From contig JAFZSK010000096.1 in the NCBI GenBank assembly GCA_017620915.1, forward strand, positions 1,236 through 65,235: a DNA stretch of 64,000 bases, given 5' to 3'. A model generated the notes under the pieces. The model was given only the letters and a program-made list of their open reading frames with translations. It did not search any database and was not told the origin of the DNA. Of this stretch, positions 29,809 through 39,957 are shown piece after piece (position 1 is the stretch's first letter; each line of letters begins with the position of its first letter). The DNA comes from Clostridia bacterium (GTDB lineage: Bacteria > Bacillota > Clostridia > UBA1212 > UBA1255). The position numbers and the translations under genes are program-made.

Positions 29809-31185
29809 ATGGCAAAGACGAAATCTGTATTTTTCTGCACACAGTGCGGTTACGAATCCAGCGGCTGGCTGGGCAAATGCCCCGGCTGCGGCGAATGGAA
29901 CACCTTCGTTGAAGAACCGGCGGAGCGCAAGACCGCGGGCGGCAATTCTTTCGGCTTTTCCGCGGGCGTCGAGACCCGGGCGGCAAAGCCGGTGAAAATT
30001 GACGAGATCGCGTACGAAAAAGGTGTGCGGGATTCCTCCGGAATAGGGGAACTGGACCGGGTGATGGGGGGCGGTATTGTCCGCGGATCCCTGGTGCTCG
30101 TGGCCGGCGACCCCGGCATCGGCAAATCCACACTTATGCTGATGATCTCCGGCTATCTCTCTCAGAACAGCGGCACTGTGCTCTACGTTTCGGGAGAGGA
30201 ATCGGAGAGTCAGATCAAGATGTGCGCCGAACGGCTGGGCGTACGGGGCGAGCGGCTGTATATATACTCGGAAACGTCCGTTGACGGCATCGTTACCCAG
30301 ATCGAATCACTGAAGCCCGCATATGTGGTGCTGGACTCGATCCAGACGCTGGAAGACAGCGCAATCACCTCCGCGCCAGGCAGCGTGAGCCAGGTGCGCG
30401 AGATCACCGGACGGTTCCTGCGCATCGCTAAGGTGCTGAATATTACTGTGTTTATCGTGGGTCACGTCACCAAAGAAGGCTCCATCGCAGGGCCGCGCGT
30501 GCTGGAGCACATGGTGGATACCGTGCTGTATTTCGAAGGCGAGCGGCACCTGAGCTACCGCATCCTGCGTGCGGTCAAAAACCGTTTCGGCTCCACCAAT
30601 GAGATCGGCGTGTTCGAAATGCGTGAAAGCGGTCTGGCCGAGGTGGAAAATCCGTCTTCCGCGATGCTGGAAGGGCGCCCCGAAGACGCCAGCGGATCCG
30701 CGGTCACGGCGGCAATGGAAGGCACCCGCCCCATGATGCTGGAACTGCAGGCATTGATCTCCAAATCTTCTTTAAACATTCCGCGGCGCATGTGCGCGGG
30801 ACTGGATTACAATCGGGTCTCGCTGCTGATCGCGGTGCTGGAAAAACGCGCGGGCTACCGGCTCAGCGACTGCGACGCGTTCATCAACGTTGTCGGCGGC
30901 ATCAAACTGAATGAACCGGCGGCGGATCTGGCGATCTGCGCGGCGATAATGTCGTCGTTCCGGAACATCCCGCTGCCGGCCCGGACGGTGTTCATCGGCG
31001 AGCTGGGATTGACCGGCGAAGTGCGTGCGGTAAGCCACATCGACAAGCGCGTGGGCGAAGCGCTGCGCCTCGGTTTTGATCGCATATACCTGCCCGCGGG
31101 CAACCGTAAAAACACGACGCTCCGGGACAACGGCAATCTCGTTTTTCTGGACAACGTCCGGGACATCAACTGCTGGGGCGACTGA
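29809..31185 (+). CDS. radA: DNA repair protein RadA/Sms
   Basis: 458 aa from MAKTKSVFFCTQCGYESSGWLGKCPGCGEWNTF (zinc finger). Walker A GDPGIGKST. KNRFG motif. Lon-like C-terminal domain. Confidence 0.95.
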   Translation: MAKTKSVFFCTQCGYESSGWLGKCPGCGEWNTFVEEPAERKTAGGNSFGFSAGVETRAAKPVKIDEIAYEKGVRDSSGIGELDRVMGGGIVRGSLVLVAGDPGIGKSTLMLMISGYLSQNSGTVLYVSGEESESQIKMCAERLGVRGERLYIYSETSVDGIVTQIESLKPAYVVLDSIQTLEDSAITSAPGSVSQVREITGRFLRIAKVLNITVFIVGHVTKEGSIAGPRVLEHMVDTVLYFEGERHLSYRILRAVKNRFGSTNEIGVFEMRESGLAEVENPSSAMLEGRPEDASGSAVTAAMEGTRPMMLELQALISKSSLNIPRRMCAGLDYNRVSLLIAVLEKRAGYRLSDCDAFINVVGGIKLNEPAADLAICAAIMSSFRNIPLPARTVFIGELGLTGEVRAVSHIDKRVGEALRLGFDRIYLPAGNRKNTTLRDNGNLVFLDNVRDINCWGD

Positions 31186-31233
31186 CTCGGCGCATAAATT
31201 TACGACAACTTACGACAACGGGAGGGTCTTAAA

Positions 31234-31815
31234 ATGCTCGATGGTTTTAAAGACAACAGAAAAAAAGCACTTGTTTTAGTGCACGACGGTTTCGAGGAGA
31301 CTGAATATATTGCCCCCGTGGATATGCTGATGCGGGCGGGCGCTGATGTCCGGACAGTAAGTATGACCGGCAGAAAAACGCTCTGCGGGGCTCACGGCAT
31401 CAATATAGAAGCAAACTCTGTGTGGTCAGACGGAATCGACGCGTCCGGGTTCGATTGTGTTTTCCTGCCGGGCGGCGGCCCCAACTCTAAAAGCCTGCGG
31501 GACGATGAGCGGGTGATAGAAGTACTGAAAACCGCGGCAGCGGAAGGCAAGATGATCGCCGCGATCTGCGCCGCGCCGATCGCGCTGGAGCGCGCGGGCC
31601 TGACCAGAGGCCGCCGCGTCACCTCGTATCCCGGCTGCCTGGAGAGCGAAGCGATCTGCCAATACGAAACGCTGCCGGTAGTCAAAGACGGCAATATCAT
31701 CACCGGCCGCGGCGCCGGCTGTGCCGTGGATTTCGGTCTGGCGCTGGTGGAGACACTGTATTCAAATAAAGAAATGCGGAAAGTCGCGCAGTCCACGATG
31801 TATCCGCATCTCTAA
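31234..31815 (+). CDS. DJ-1/PfpI/ThiJ family protein
   Basis: 193 aa. VLVHDGFEE.E, LPGG, nucleophile elbow AAICAAP. Confidence 0.85.
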   Translation: MLDGFKDNRKKALVLVHDGFEETEYIAPVDMLMRAGADVRTVSMTGRKTLCGAHGINIEANSVWSDGIDASGFDCVFLPGGGPNSKSLRDDERVIEVLKTAAAEGKMIAAICAAPIALERAGLTRGRRVTSYPGCLESEAICQYETLPVVKDGNIITGRGAGCAVDFGLALVETLYSNKEMRKVAQSTMYPHL

Positions 31816-31871
31816 ATTTTATGATCCGGCAGGTTTTTATTCCGGACGAAAACGTTTAATTTTAAATCGGA

Positions 31872-33065
31872 TCAGATGCTCAGCTCCCGGGCTCCGTCGC
31901 CGACCGCGCAAACGTAGAACTCGGGCTTTATGCCCGTGCGCGCCTCGTAGCGTTTGCCCAGCCCGGCGCAGAATTCCTGGGTGAGGGCGGTGGGGACGAT
32001 GTTGACCGTGCAGCCCCCGAAGCCCGCGCCGGTCATGCGGGAACCGAGGCAGTAATCGAAATACTGCGCTTCTTCAAACATCGCGTCCAGTTCGTCGCCG
32101 GTCACTTCGTACAGGTAGCGGATCGAATCGTTGGCTTCTTTAAGGATCAGGCCGAACCGGGCCAGGTCGCCGGTTTTCAGTGCTTCCGCGGCCTTGTTGA
32201 CCCGCGCGTTCTCGCGTATGACGTGCTCCACGCGCATCCGGATCAACGGCTCGGTATCCAGCACGCGCTTCGCGTCCGTAAAATCGTTCTCGGAGTAATC
32301 GCACAGATTCGCGAACTGCTTTTCCGGCAGCGCGCGGTGCATGAGTTTAAGACCTTCTTCCACTTCGGCGCGGCGCTCGTTATACTTGGAGGCGCCCAGC
32401 GTGTGCTTCTTATGAGTGTTGGCCAGCACCAGCGAATAATCGCCCAGTTTAAGCGGCACGTATTCGTATTCCAGCGTGGCGCAGTCCAGCAGGATCGCGT
32501 GTTCGGCTTTGCCCATGGCGGAGGCGAACTGATCCATTATGCCGCAGTTGACGCCGCAGAACCGGTTCTCGGCGCGCTGACCGATGAGGGCGAGCTGCAC
32601 GTTGTCCAGTTTGGGCCGCATCTCGGAAAAATTGTCCGCCAGCGAGAGCAGCGCCAGGCCCGTGGCCAGTTCGATAGAGGCGGAGGAGGACAATCCGGAC
32701 CCGAAGGGCAGCGTGCTGTCAAACACCATATCCGCGCCGCGCAGCACGACTCCCGCACCGGCAAGCTCTTTCGCGACGCCGGCCTGGTACGAGCCCCAGC
32801 GCAGACTGCGGGCGGCGTCGATATCGTCCAGATCGAATTCGGCCTTTATTTTCAGATCGGTGGCGTACATGCGGACTTTGCGGGTGCCGTTACGCCGCGC
32901 CAGCACGGTGTTGGACAATGAAAGCGCCGCCGGAAATACCCGGCCGCCGCAGTAGTCAATGTGCTCGCCGATGAGATTGACCCGCCCCGGAGCGCTGAAT
33001 ACACGCACGCCCTCGGTGCTCCCGAACACATCTCCGAATGATCCAAACAGTTCCGCAAATTCCAT
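31872..33065 (-). CDS. galK: galactokinase
   Basis: 397 aa. APGRVNLIGEHIDY signature, GHMP kinase motif (PFGSGLSSSAS), C-terminal GAGFGGC. Confidence 0.93.
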   Translation of the reverse strand: MEFAELFGSFGDVFGSTEGVRVFSAPGRVNLIGEHIDYCGGRVFPAALSLSNTVLARRNGTRKVRMYATDLKIKAEFDLDDIDAARSLRWGSYQAGVAKELAGAGVVLRGADMVFDSTLPFGSGLSSSASIELATGLALLSLADNFSEMRPKLDNVQLALIGQRAENRFCGVNCGIMDQFASAMGKAEHAILLDCATLEYEYVPLKLGDYSLVLANTHKKHTLGASKYNERRAEVEEGLKLMHRALPEKQFANLCDYSENDFTDAKRVLDTEPLIRMRVEHVIRENARVNKAAEALKTGDLARFGLILKEANDSIRYLYEVTGDELDAMFEEAQYFDYCLGSRMTGAGFGGCTVNIVPTALTQEFCAGLGKRYEARTGIKPEFYVCAVGDGARELSI

Positions 33066-33092
33066 TTCAAATGTCCTCCCGGCAATTCAGCC

Positions 33093-33121
33093 TTGTAAAA
33101 TTTATGCTAATAGTATATAAT
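33093..33121 (+). promoter_or_regulatory. sigma-70-type promoter for the CarD-family gene
   Basis: TTGTAA (33093-33098), a 17-nt spacer, then TATAAT (33116-33121). Confidence 0.55.
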
Positions 33122-33203
33122 AATTCCGTGTTTTCGTACAGCGAAATTTTATTCGCGGACGGAACGGCTATTTGCAGAACGCTTTAAATGATATGGGGGA
33201 TGT

Positions 33204-33689
33204 ATGCGTTTTAAGATCGGAGACAGGCTTGCCTACCCGTTTTATGGGGCGGGCGTCGTGGAAGACATCACCGAGTGCGAGATACTCGGCGAGAAGCGCG
33301 AGTACTATGTGCTGGCGTTTACCGGAAACCGGCTCAGAGTGAATATTCCCACCGACAAAGCGGAGGAGTCCGGACTGCGGCCGCTGATCACCGCGGACCG
33401 GCTGCCGGAAGTATACGGACGCTTTCAGAAGGAAGTCGTTCTGGAAGGCGAGACCTGGAGTAAACGCAACAAGACCAGTATGGACAAACTGCGCGGCGGC
33501 GACATTCTCGAAGCCGTAGAAGTATATAAATATTTTAGATTGCGCGAGCGGACGCGCAACCTCTCCGCGGGCGAAAACAAGATCTATAAAGGCGTGTACA
33601 ACGCGCTGGTGAGCGAACTGGCGCTGGTAGAGAACGTAAGTACCGGGGAGATCGATGCGCGGCTGGACGATATATTCGCCCAGCTTTGA
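33204..33689 (+). CDS. CarD/CdnL-family RNA polymerase-binding transcription regulator
   Basis: 161 aa. MRFKIGD...YP.YGAGVVEDI, then EKREYYVL (the CarD_CdnL_TRCF N-terminal Tudor-like domain pattern). Confidence 0.85.
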   Translation: MRFKIGDRLAYPFYGAGVVEDITECEILGEKREYYVLAFTGNRLRVNIPTDKAEESGLRPLITADRLPEVYGRFQKEVVLEGETWSKRNKTSMDKLRGGDILEAVEVYKYFRLRERTRNLSAGENKIYKGVYNALVSELALVENVSTGEIDARLDDIFAQL

Positions 33690-33727
33690 CCAGGCCTTGC
33701 GGCCGCCGTTCCGGGTGGTGACTTTTT

Positions 33728-34312
33728 ATGGTAGATCCTACCGAGCTGCAAAAGCAGGAACTCAAAAAAAAGAAAGAAGAACAAAACAAGCATTACGGCG
33801 CTTCGTACCTGGCGGGCCTGCTGGGCGGCGTGCTGGGCGGTGTACCGTTCATTCTGATATATTTCGCGTTCAAGGTCCGGAGCTGGCCGTTTATGATCCT
33901 CGCGGGCGTGGGCGTGTACACGCTGTATCTGTATTTTATTGACGTCAACGAGCGCAACAATAAACAGCTCATTTTCCTGGGCCTCGCGGATGTGACCGCG
34001 GTCATACTTGACCTGTTCTTCTTTGTCCTGATCCAGCTCAGCCGGATGGGGGCGGGGATCACGTTAAAAAACGTGCGCGATACGTACTTCCGGAATCAGA
34101 TGACCGTGGGCGGCGTGATCAACTACACGCTGTTCTGGCACCTGCTGGCGCTGCTGTTTTCGGCGCTGGGCTTTCTGGCGGTGTGGCTGTACCTGCGCTT
34201 CGCGGTGCCGCGCTGGGAGAAAAAGCACGGCAAGACCGAAGCGGGGACCACCGGCTTTTCTTCCCGCAAACCTCGCGGCAGCCGCAAGAACAAAGTCAGC
34301 GGCATGAAATAA
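33728..34312 (+). CDS. hypothetical membrane protein
   Basis: 194 aa. Charged N-terminus (KKKKEEQNK), about 4 TM helices, basic C-terminal tail. No family recognised. Confidence 0.6.
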   Translation: MVDPTELQKQELKKKKEEQNKHYGASYLAGLLGGVLGGVPFILIYFAFKVRSWPFMILAGVGVYTLYLYFIDVNERNNKQLIFLGLADVTAVILDLFFFVLIQLSRMGAGITLKNVRDTYFRNQMTVGGVINYTLFWHLLALLFSALGFLAVWLYLRFAVPRWEKKHGKTEAGTTGFSSRKPRGSRKNKVSGMK

Positions 34313-34333
34313 GCGTTTTGCGCGGAGTGCGGT

Positions 34334-35275
34334 ATGGACGAACGATTTGATAACGAAAACGGATTTCAAAGCGCGGGTACGCCTCAGACGCCGGCACGCG
34401 CTCCGTTCACGTTCGGCAGCATTCTGAACGACGGTTTTTCCTGCTTCAAAGAGAATTTTAAAACGCTGCTCATACTGGTGCTGGTTGTGACGCTGCCTAT
34501 GGCTCTCGTGCAGGTGTTCATGATCGACCGCAACTTTGATTACAGCGGCACGATGAACACGTTAATGGAACTGTATTCAGCAAGCACGGAGGAAGCCGAA
34601 GGCGCCGCCGGAGACGTTTCCGGCATGGCGTGGAAACTGCTCCTGTACCTGGGCCTCAGCGCGCTTATCGCTTCCATATCATTGATCACCGACGCGGGCG
34701 CGATAGTTCTGGTAGGGCGGAAACACGGTTTTGTAAAAGAATCCGGTGAACCTGCGGCGAGCGCGGAACCGGTCTCGAACCGTGAGCAGCCCGGCTTTTC
34801 GGCACTGTTTGAAATGGCGTTCCGCAGTTTTCCGAAACTGTGGCTCACGCTGCTGTTCGTGCGGTTTTCGGTATTTATGGGCTTCATGCTTTGCTTTATT
34901 CCGGGGGTACTGCTGTATTACGTGTTCCAGTTTGCCGCGTTCAGCGTGGTGCTTTGCGGACTGTGGGGCCGGCGGGCCGGTTTCGTGTCGTCGCTGGCGA
35001 CGCGCGTATATCCCAAACCGTCTCTGATCTGCGCGCTCCTGGTATTTGCGGTATCCGGCATATTATTGCCGCTTGCGTTCGGATTTCTGGCGGAACTTCC
35101 CGGTCAATTCGGACTGGACGCCGTGACCTCGGGCATTATTTCCGTGGTGCTGAAATGCGGACAACAACTGCTCATGCTGATGGTCACAATGATGGCGGCA
35201 ACGCTCTTCGCGCAGATGCTCCCCAAACTGGAGCCGATAATCGAAAGCAGCGGCGTGCGCGGTCAGAAATTATAG
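34334..35275 (+). CDS. hypothetical polytopic membrane protein (DUF975/GP-PDE-membrane-domain-like)
   Basis: 313 aa. GGAG RBS 7 nt upstream. About 6 TM helices. The family guess is weak. Confidence 0.6.
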   Translation: MDERFDNENGFQSAGTPQTPARAPFTFGSILNDGFSCFKENFKTLLILVLVVTLPMALVQVFMIDRNFDYSGTMNTLMELYSASTEEAEGAAGDVSGMAWKLLLYLGLSALIASISLITDAGAIVLVGRKHGFVKESGEPAASAEPVSNREQPGFSALFEMAFRSFPKLWLTLLFVRFSVFMGFMLCFIPGVLLYYVFQFAAFSVVLCGLWGRRAGFVSSLATRVYPKPSLICALLVFAVSGILLPLAFGFLAELPGQFGLDAVTSGIISVVLKCGQQLLMLMVTMMAATLFAQMLPKLEPIIESSGVRGQKL

Positions 35276-36060
35276 AAAACCTCGTGTAAATACAAGCCGT
35301 CCGGCGGCGCGGTCATGCCCGCGCGGGTGCGGTCTTTTGACTCTATTATGAACGGGATGTCCGAGGGCTGCAGTTTGCCCTTGTACACTTCCATCAGCGT
35401 GCCCGCCATGATGCGCACCATATTGTACAAAAAGCCGTCGCCGGTGATCTCGAAGCACAGCAGGGGACATGGCACGGTCACGGAAGGCGGGACAACGTTG
35501 ACCGAAGCGCGCAGGATAGTGCGCACGGTGGTCTTCACGTTGCTGCCTTCGGCGCGGAACGCCATGAAATCGTGGGTGCCGATGAAGTGGGACGCGGCGG
35601 TGTTGACCTTTTTCAGGCGGCGGGCCAGCGTCGTTTCGCTGAGGACGCTCAGTTCGGGCAGTTTCACGTGCCAGACCCGCTGCCATAAAAGCGCGGAGGG
35701 GAGCGGCGACAAATGGATCAGATAGCGGTACGTTTTGCCCACGGCGTCAAACCGCGCGTGGAACGAATCGGGCACTTCCCGGGCGCTTTTGGCGGCAATA
35801 TCCCCGGGCAGAAACGCGCTCAGCGCCGCCGGAAACCGGGCGGCGGGAATGGTGGAATCCGTGCGGAAATTGAGCACGAAATTGTCCGCGTGCACGCCCG
35901 CGTCGGTACGGCTGCAGCCGCACACGTGTATGTCTTCGCCGCACAGCTCCGAGAGCGCATCCTCCACGGCGCCCTGCACCGTGGGGGCGTTCTGCTGTAT
36001 CTGCCAGCCGCTGTAGTTGGCGCCGCAGTATTCGATCGTTAGTGCGATGTTTCTGGCCAT
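35263..36060 (-). CDS. truA: tRNA pseudouridine(38-40) synthase
   Basis: From MARNIALTIEY.G..Y.GWQ.Q. Catalytic RTDAGVHA motif. GTHDF..F. Typical TruA length. Confidence 0.9.
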   Translation of the reverse strand: MARNIALTIEYCGANYSGWQIQQNAPTVQGAVEDALSELCGEDIHVCGCSRTDAGVHADNFVLNFRTDSTIPAARFPAALSAFLPGDIAAKSAREVPDSFHARFDAVGKTYRYLIHLSPLPSALLWQRVWHVKLPELSVLSETTLARRLKKVNTAASHFIGTHDFMAFRAEGSNVKTTVRTILRASVNVVPPSVTVPCPLLCFEITGDGFLYNMVRIMAGTLMEVYKGKLQPSDIPFIIESKDRTRAGMTAPPDGLYLHEVFYNF

Positions 36061-36097
36061 TGACTGCAATAACCGGGTCTGACCCCGTGTTTAAAGA

Positions 36098-37039
36098 TCA
36101 GAGCATGGCGGCGCCGATGATGCCGGCGTCGTTGCCGAGTTTGGCGGTCTCGATGCGCGTGCGTTTGAGCAGCTTCGAACCGTATGAATAGCGGAACACG
36201 TAACGGCGCAGCGGCTTAAGCAGCCCTTCGCCCTCTTTGGAGATGCCGCCGCCGATCAGTATGACTTCGGGCTGGAAGATGTTGATGTAGTTGATGATGC
36301 CTTCGCCCAGGTCTTTGATATACGCTTTGACGAGGCGGGTGCCGGTCTTGTCCCCGGCGCGCATGGCGTCGAAGGCGGTCTTGGCGTTGATCTTGTCCGG
36401 ATCGCCGCCGCACAGTTCGCCGATCAGCGATTCGGGATGTTTTGCGAGGGCAATGCGCGTCTCGCGGATCACCGCGGTAGCCGAGGCGTACGCTTCGAAA
36501 CAGCCTTTGCGGCCGCAGCCGCATTTGACGCCGCCCTTGCGGATCACCATGTGGCCCATCTCGCCCGCTACGCCGTTGAAGCCGGTGTACAGTTTGCCGT
36601 CGATCACGATGCCGCCGCCTACGCCGGTGCCCAGCGTGATGGTGAGGGAAGTGCGGGTGCCTTTGCCCGCGCCGAAGAGCGCTTCGCCCAGCGCCGCGCA
36701 GTTGGCGTCGTTGCCCAGATGGACGGGAATGTCGGTGAACCGCGCGAATATGCCGCGGATGTCGGTGTTGCGGAATGGAAGGTTCACGGTCAACACCAGC
36801 ACGGCGCGCTCGTCGTCGCACGCGCCCGGACAACCGATGCCCACGGACTCCACGTCCGCCCGCTTTATGCCGCAGTCGTCAATGAACTCCAGCGTCTTTT
36901 TTGCCATGAACTCGGTGAGTTCTTCCGCGCTCGCGCCGCGGTCCGTCGCGACGGAGCGCTTTTTGATCAGATTGCCTGCCGCGTCCACGAGTCCGTACGC
37001 GATGTTGGTGCCGCCCAGATCGATGCCTATTCTGTACAT
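36098..37039 (-). CDS. glcK: ROK-family glucokinase
   Basis: 313 aa. IGIDLGGTN N-terminus. ROK Cys motif (CGCGRKGCFEAYAS). GGGIS near the C-terminus. Confidence 0.85.
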   Translation of the reverse strand: MYRIGIDLGGTNIAYGLVDAAGNLIKKRSVATDRGASAEELTEFMAKKTLEFIDDCGIKRADVESVGIGCPGACDDERAVLVLTVNLPFRNTDIRGIFARFTDIPVHLGNDANCAALGEALFGAGKGTRTSLTITLGTGVGGGIVIDGKLYTGFNGVAGEMGHMVIRKGGVKCGCGRKGCFEAYASATAVIRETRIALAKHPESLIGELCGGDPDKINAKTAFDAMRAGDKTGTRLVKAYIKDLGEGIINYINIFQPEVILIGGGISKEGEGLLKPLRRYVFRYSYGSKLLKRTRIETAKLGNDAGIIGAAML

Positions 37040-37103
37040 GTTGTCCTCCTGTCGGCGGCGCTCCGGCGTGTGCCGCGGCGCAGCCGCTTATTATATAATA
37101 ATA

Positions 37104-37147
37104 AACCTGCCCGGTCATGCGGATTTTAGCACAGGCGCGGGCAGGTT
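37104..37147 (-). terminator. rho-independent terminator after the sigma/anti-sigma operon
   Basis: 10-bp perfect stem AACCTGCCCG (37104-37113) / CGGGCAGGTT (37138-37147). On the minus strand it is followed by the U-rich TATTATTATATAATAA. Confidence 0.6.
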
Positions 37148-37185
37148 GTAAACTGTAAGTAAGGCGGGATCGGTTAAGGTCAATT

Positions 37186-39957
37186 CTATGCAGGCCTGCA
37201 GGAAGCGATGATCTCAGGGGTTACTTCGATCCACATCGCCGGTCTGAGACCATATTCTCCGGACTGAGGCATTCCTTCACGGACAATGTTTCCCTCGGTG
37301 TCAACGCAGGGGGAACTTATTATTCCGCCCGTGCCTATGAGCCACCAGTAGTACGTATCTCTGCCGTACGGTTCATTGATGCCGCACGCGGCCGCAAAAG
37401 GAGTCACAGTTGCTTTAAGAAATGTGGGATACAGTTTTTCCGCTTCGCTGACTGAAAGCAGGAAGACGCTGTCGGTGACGCCATAGCCGGATGTCGGCTG
37501 GATCACCGCCCGTTCCGCAGCGGTGAAGGCATGGGACAGGAACAGACTGTTCAGCCAGCGGCGCGGCGCGGATTCTTTCCAGGTGATCGTATCAAATGTA
37601 ACGTTGGAGCTGTATGCCATGGGGAACAAAATATTGCGGCTGACGATGAGCGCTTTGTTCCCCTGCGTTTCCACCACGAGCCACTCGATATCTTCTGCTG
37701 TGGTGAGATCGTTGTCCTGCTCGAACCGGCCTAATTTTATGTAATGATTATTAGGTATTAAAATCGTCGCAGGCAGATCCTCCGCCGCGGCATTGGCAAT
37801 ATCCGCCTGCAGCGTGACTGTATTGCTGACGAAGTCGCGCCCGCCGAAGGTGCACTGGGCCGTAAAACGATTGGATCCTTCAACATACTCCAGCTTGATA
37901 TTTTCCTGAGCGTTATCCCAGAAACCGTCGCCTCTCCACATGTATGTGCCAAACGCGTCAAGGTCGTGGCGGTCGAATTCAGTTCCTCCGCTCCGGTCCG
38001 TATAGAATCTGAGCATCCCGGATGTGATCTGCGCTCCTGTAGCCATGTCCACGATATTAAGTTTGAACTGCTTATAATCGAAAGAATTTACCACCGTCAC
38101 CGCGTACTCAGCGGCACGTCCGCTATTACTGCGATTTGCGCACTCTCTGCCACCCGGGTAAAAAGCGCAGTTGACAGTCTCGCCGTAGTTTGTAACAAAA
38201 TCTGACGTATACTCGTCGTTTTCGACGGCAACGCGGAGATCCAGCTGGTCCTGCGCCTTGATCGTGAACATGGCGATCCCATTTTTGTTGGTATATGAGT
38301 AACCGACCTGTTTCCCGGAAGGTTCGTAGAACAATACTTTAACGCCGGAAATCCTAATTTTGTTATCTTCTCTTTTGCACGCATAGTCCGTCAGCTGAAC
38401 GTAGAATGTAAAGTCGCCGCTGTATGGACTCACACGGAGTGCTTTGCCCCGATATACCGACGTCGGAAGTTCGTCGGGGGTATGACCGTTATACACCAGG
38501 AATCGTACGCGTTCTTTCTGTTGCTCTTCGGTCCAGGAAGAACCTACGGTCAGAGTGTCGGGACGGTACTGCTCGTCCAGCGGTATTTCGTGTTCTGGTT
38601 CGGGTTCGGCCGGAGCGTGCTCTTTGATCACTATGTTGACGGGCGTGAGCTGAACATCATATTCTTCGCAATAAATGATCACCCGAACTACTCCGGGTTT
38701 GAGGCCGGTCAGCATTCCGTTGTTTCGGAGAATGGCGCAGCCGTTGTCTTCCGCCAGTTTATAACGGACTGTACCGTAAGTGAAGTTGTCAGGTGTCACC
38801 ATAAAATCGATCATCATGCTCTCTCCGACCTCGATCGTACCTTTCGGGAGGATCGGCTCGATGCGCTTGATCAGGATCTGGTCAGGGTCGATCGTAGGCG
38901 TGGGCGCCGATGTCGGAGTGGATGTCGGTGTCTTAGTGGGAGCTGATGTGGGCGTTGCTGTCGGTGTCTTAGTAGGAGCTGAAGAGGGCGTTGCCGTCGC
39001 GGTCGGCGCCACAGTCGGAGTCGGGATGGATTCCGGGGTCGTGGTCGGCGGGTCTGCAGTGGCGGAAGAAGCGCCGCCGGCGTAACGGAAACGGAAAACG
39101 CAGTTCCAGCCAAAGCTCTCGGACCGGTCGAATTCCGGATAATACGTGCCGGCTTTGCTGACTTCAACGACTACGAAACACTCGTCCGGTATTACTGCGG
39201 CGTTGGCCGTAATATCGCGTGTCAGAAGCGCGTTCTCGGCAGCAGAAACCTGATCCGTTTTGCCTTGAATGTGTAACGTGTAAATATAATCACCGCTCGT
39301 AGTGTAGATGCTGATTCTTCGAATAGCTGCCCCGGTTCCGGCAACAACAAATCTAAACTTTTCCGGACGCGCGGGGTCAATTCCGTCCACGAGCGGCGCT
39401 TCGGTCAAAAGCGCGGCGAAGTCGAGGGGCACTCCGTCCGCGGACAGGAATCCGCCGGCTTGTTCTGAATAAGTCTCGCTCCATGAAAAGCATTTATATG
39501 GTTCGGTGGAGCGTATGTATTCCAGCGTAAGGAGGGCGTCTTCTGCAGGTGCAGTCGCATCCGGTGTTGCCGTCGCATCCGGCGTTGCCGCCGCATCGGT
39601 CGGATCGTTCGGCAGGTCGGTGTTGTCCGCCGGCATTGCCGTAGGTGTGGCGCTTTGTGAGGTCAGGTCGTCCGTAGCGCTCACGGAGGCTTTTTGCTTG
39701 CCCGCACGGAGCTTAATGGATATGAGCACGCCGGCCACGAAGAAGATGGCAACTGTGGCAAGTACGGCGGCGGCCGTGATCCACGGACGCCAGCCGCGTC
39801 CGTTCGAGCCGGAACCGGAACCCGAAGCGTAGCCTTTACCGGCTGCTGCGGCAGCGGTCTGCTTTTCCGCGGCAGCCTGTGCGGCCGCGGCATTGTATTC
39901 ATCGATGATATCTTTCGGCAGTTTTTTCATGAAAGAGGTGAGGCGGGCTTCGTTCAT
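37186..39957 (-). CDS. anti-sigma-factor-like single-pass membrane protein with large extracytoplasmic region (Pro/Thr linker, Ig-like (Big_2-like) domain, C-terminal DUF6273-like domain)
   Basis: 923 aa. ATGA overlap with the upstream ECF sigma gene. Short cytoplasmic N-terminus, then one TM helix (WITAAAVLATVAIFFVAGVLISI). PT-rich linker (APTKTPTATPTSAPTKTPTSTPTSAPTPT). The C-terminal block (IEWLVVETQGNKALIVSRNIL...WKESAPRRWLN...VFLLSVSEAEKLY...YWWL...GLRPAMWI) resembles DUF6273, from memory. Confidence 0.75.
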   Translation of the reverse strand: MNEARLTSFMKKLPKDIIDEYNAAAAQAAAEKQTAAAAAGKGYASGSGSGSNGRGWRPWITAAAVLATVAIFFVAGVLISIKLRAGKQKASVSATDDLTSQSATPTAMPADNTDLPNDPTDAAATPDATATPDATAPAEDALLTLEYIRSTEPYKCFSWSETYSEQAGGFLSADGVPLDFAALLTEAPLVDGIDPARPEKFRFVVAGTGAAIRRISIYTTSGDYIYTLHIQGKTDQVSAAENALLTRDITANAAVIPDECFVVVEVSKAGTYYPEFDRSESFGWNCVFRFRYAGGASSATADPPTTTPESIPTPTVAPTATATPSSAPTKTPTATPTSAPTKTPTSTPTSAPTPTIDPDQILIKRIEPILPKGTIEVGESMMIDFMVTPDNFTYGTVRYKLAEDNGCAILRNNGMLTGLKPGVVRVIIYCEEYDVQLTPVNIVIKEHAPAEPEPEHEIPLDEQYRPDTLTVGSSWTEEQQKERVRFLVYNGHTPDELPTSVYRGKALRVSPYSGDFTFYVQLTDYACKREDNKIRISGVKVLFYEPSGKQVGYSYTNKNGIAMFTIKAQDQLDLRVAVENDEYTSDFVTNYGETVNCAFYPGGRECANRSNSGRAAEYAVTVVNSFDYKQFKLNIVDMATGAQITSGMLRFYTDRSGGTEFDRHDLDAFGTYMWRGDGFWDNAQENIKLEYVEGSNRFTAQCTFGGRDFVSNTVTLQADIANAAAEDLPATILIPNNHYIKLGRFEQDNDLTTAEDIEWLVVETQGNKALIVSRNILFPMAYSSNVTFDTITWKESAPRRWLNSLFLSHAFTAAERAVIQPTSGYGVTDSVFLLSVSEAEKLYPTFLKATVTPFAAACGINEPYGRDTYYWWLIGTGGIISSPCVDTEGNIVREGMPQSGEYGLRPAMWIEVTPEIIASCRPA
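38927..38998 (-). repeat. in-frame 36-bp tandem duplication encoding the Pro/Thr linker of the anti-sigma-like protein
   Basis: GGTGTCTTAGTGGGAGCTGATGTGGGCGTTGCTGTC (38927-38962) and GGTGTCTTAGTAGGAGCTGAAGAGGGCGTTGCCGTC (38963-38998). Confidence 0.8.
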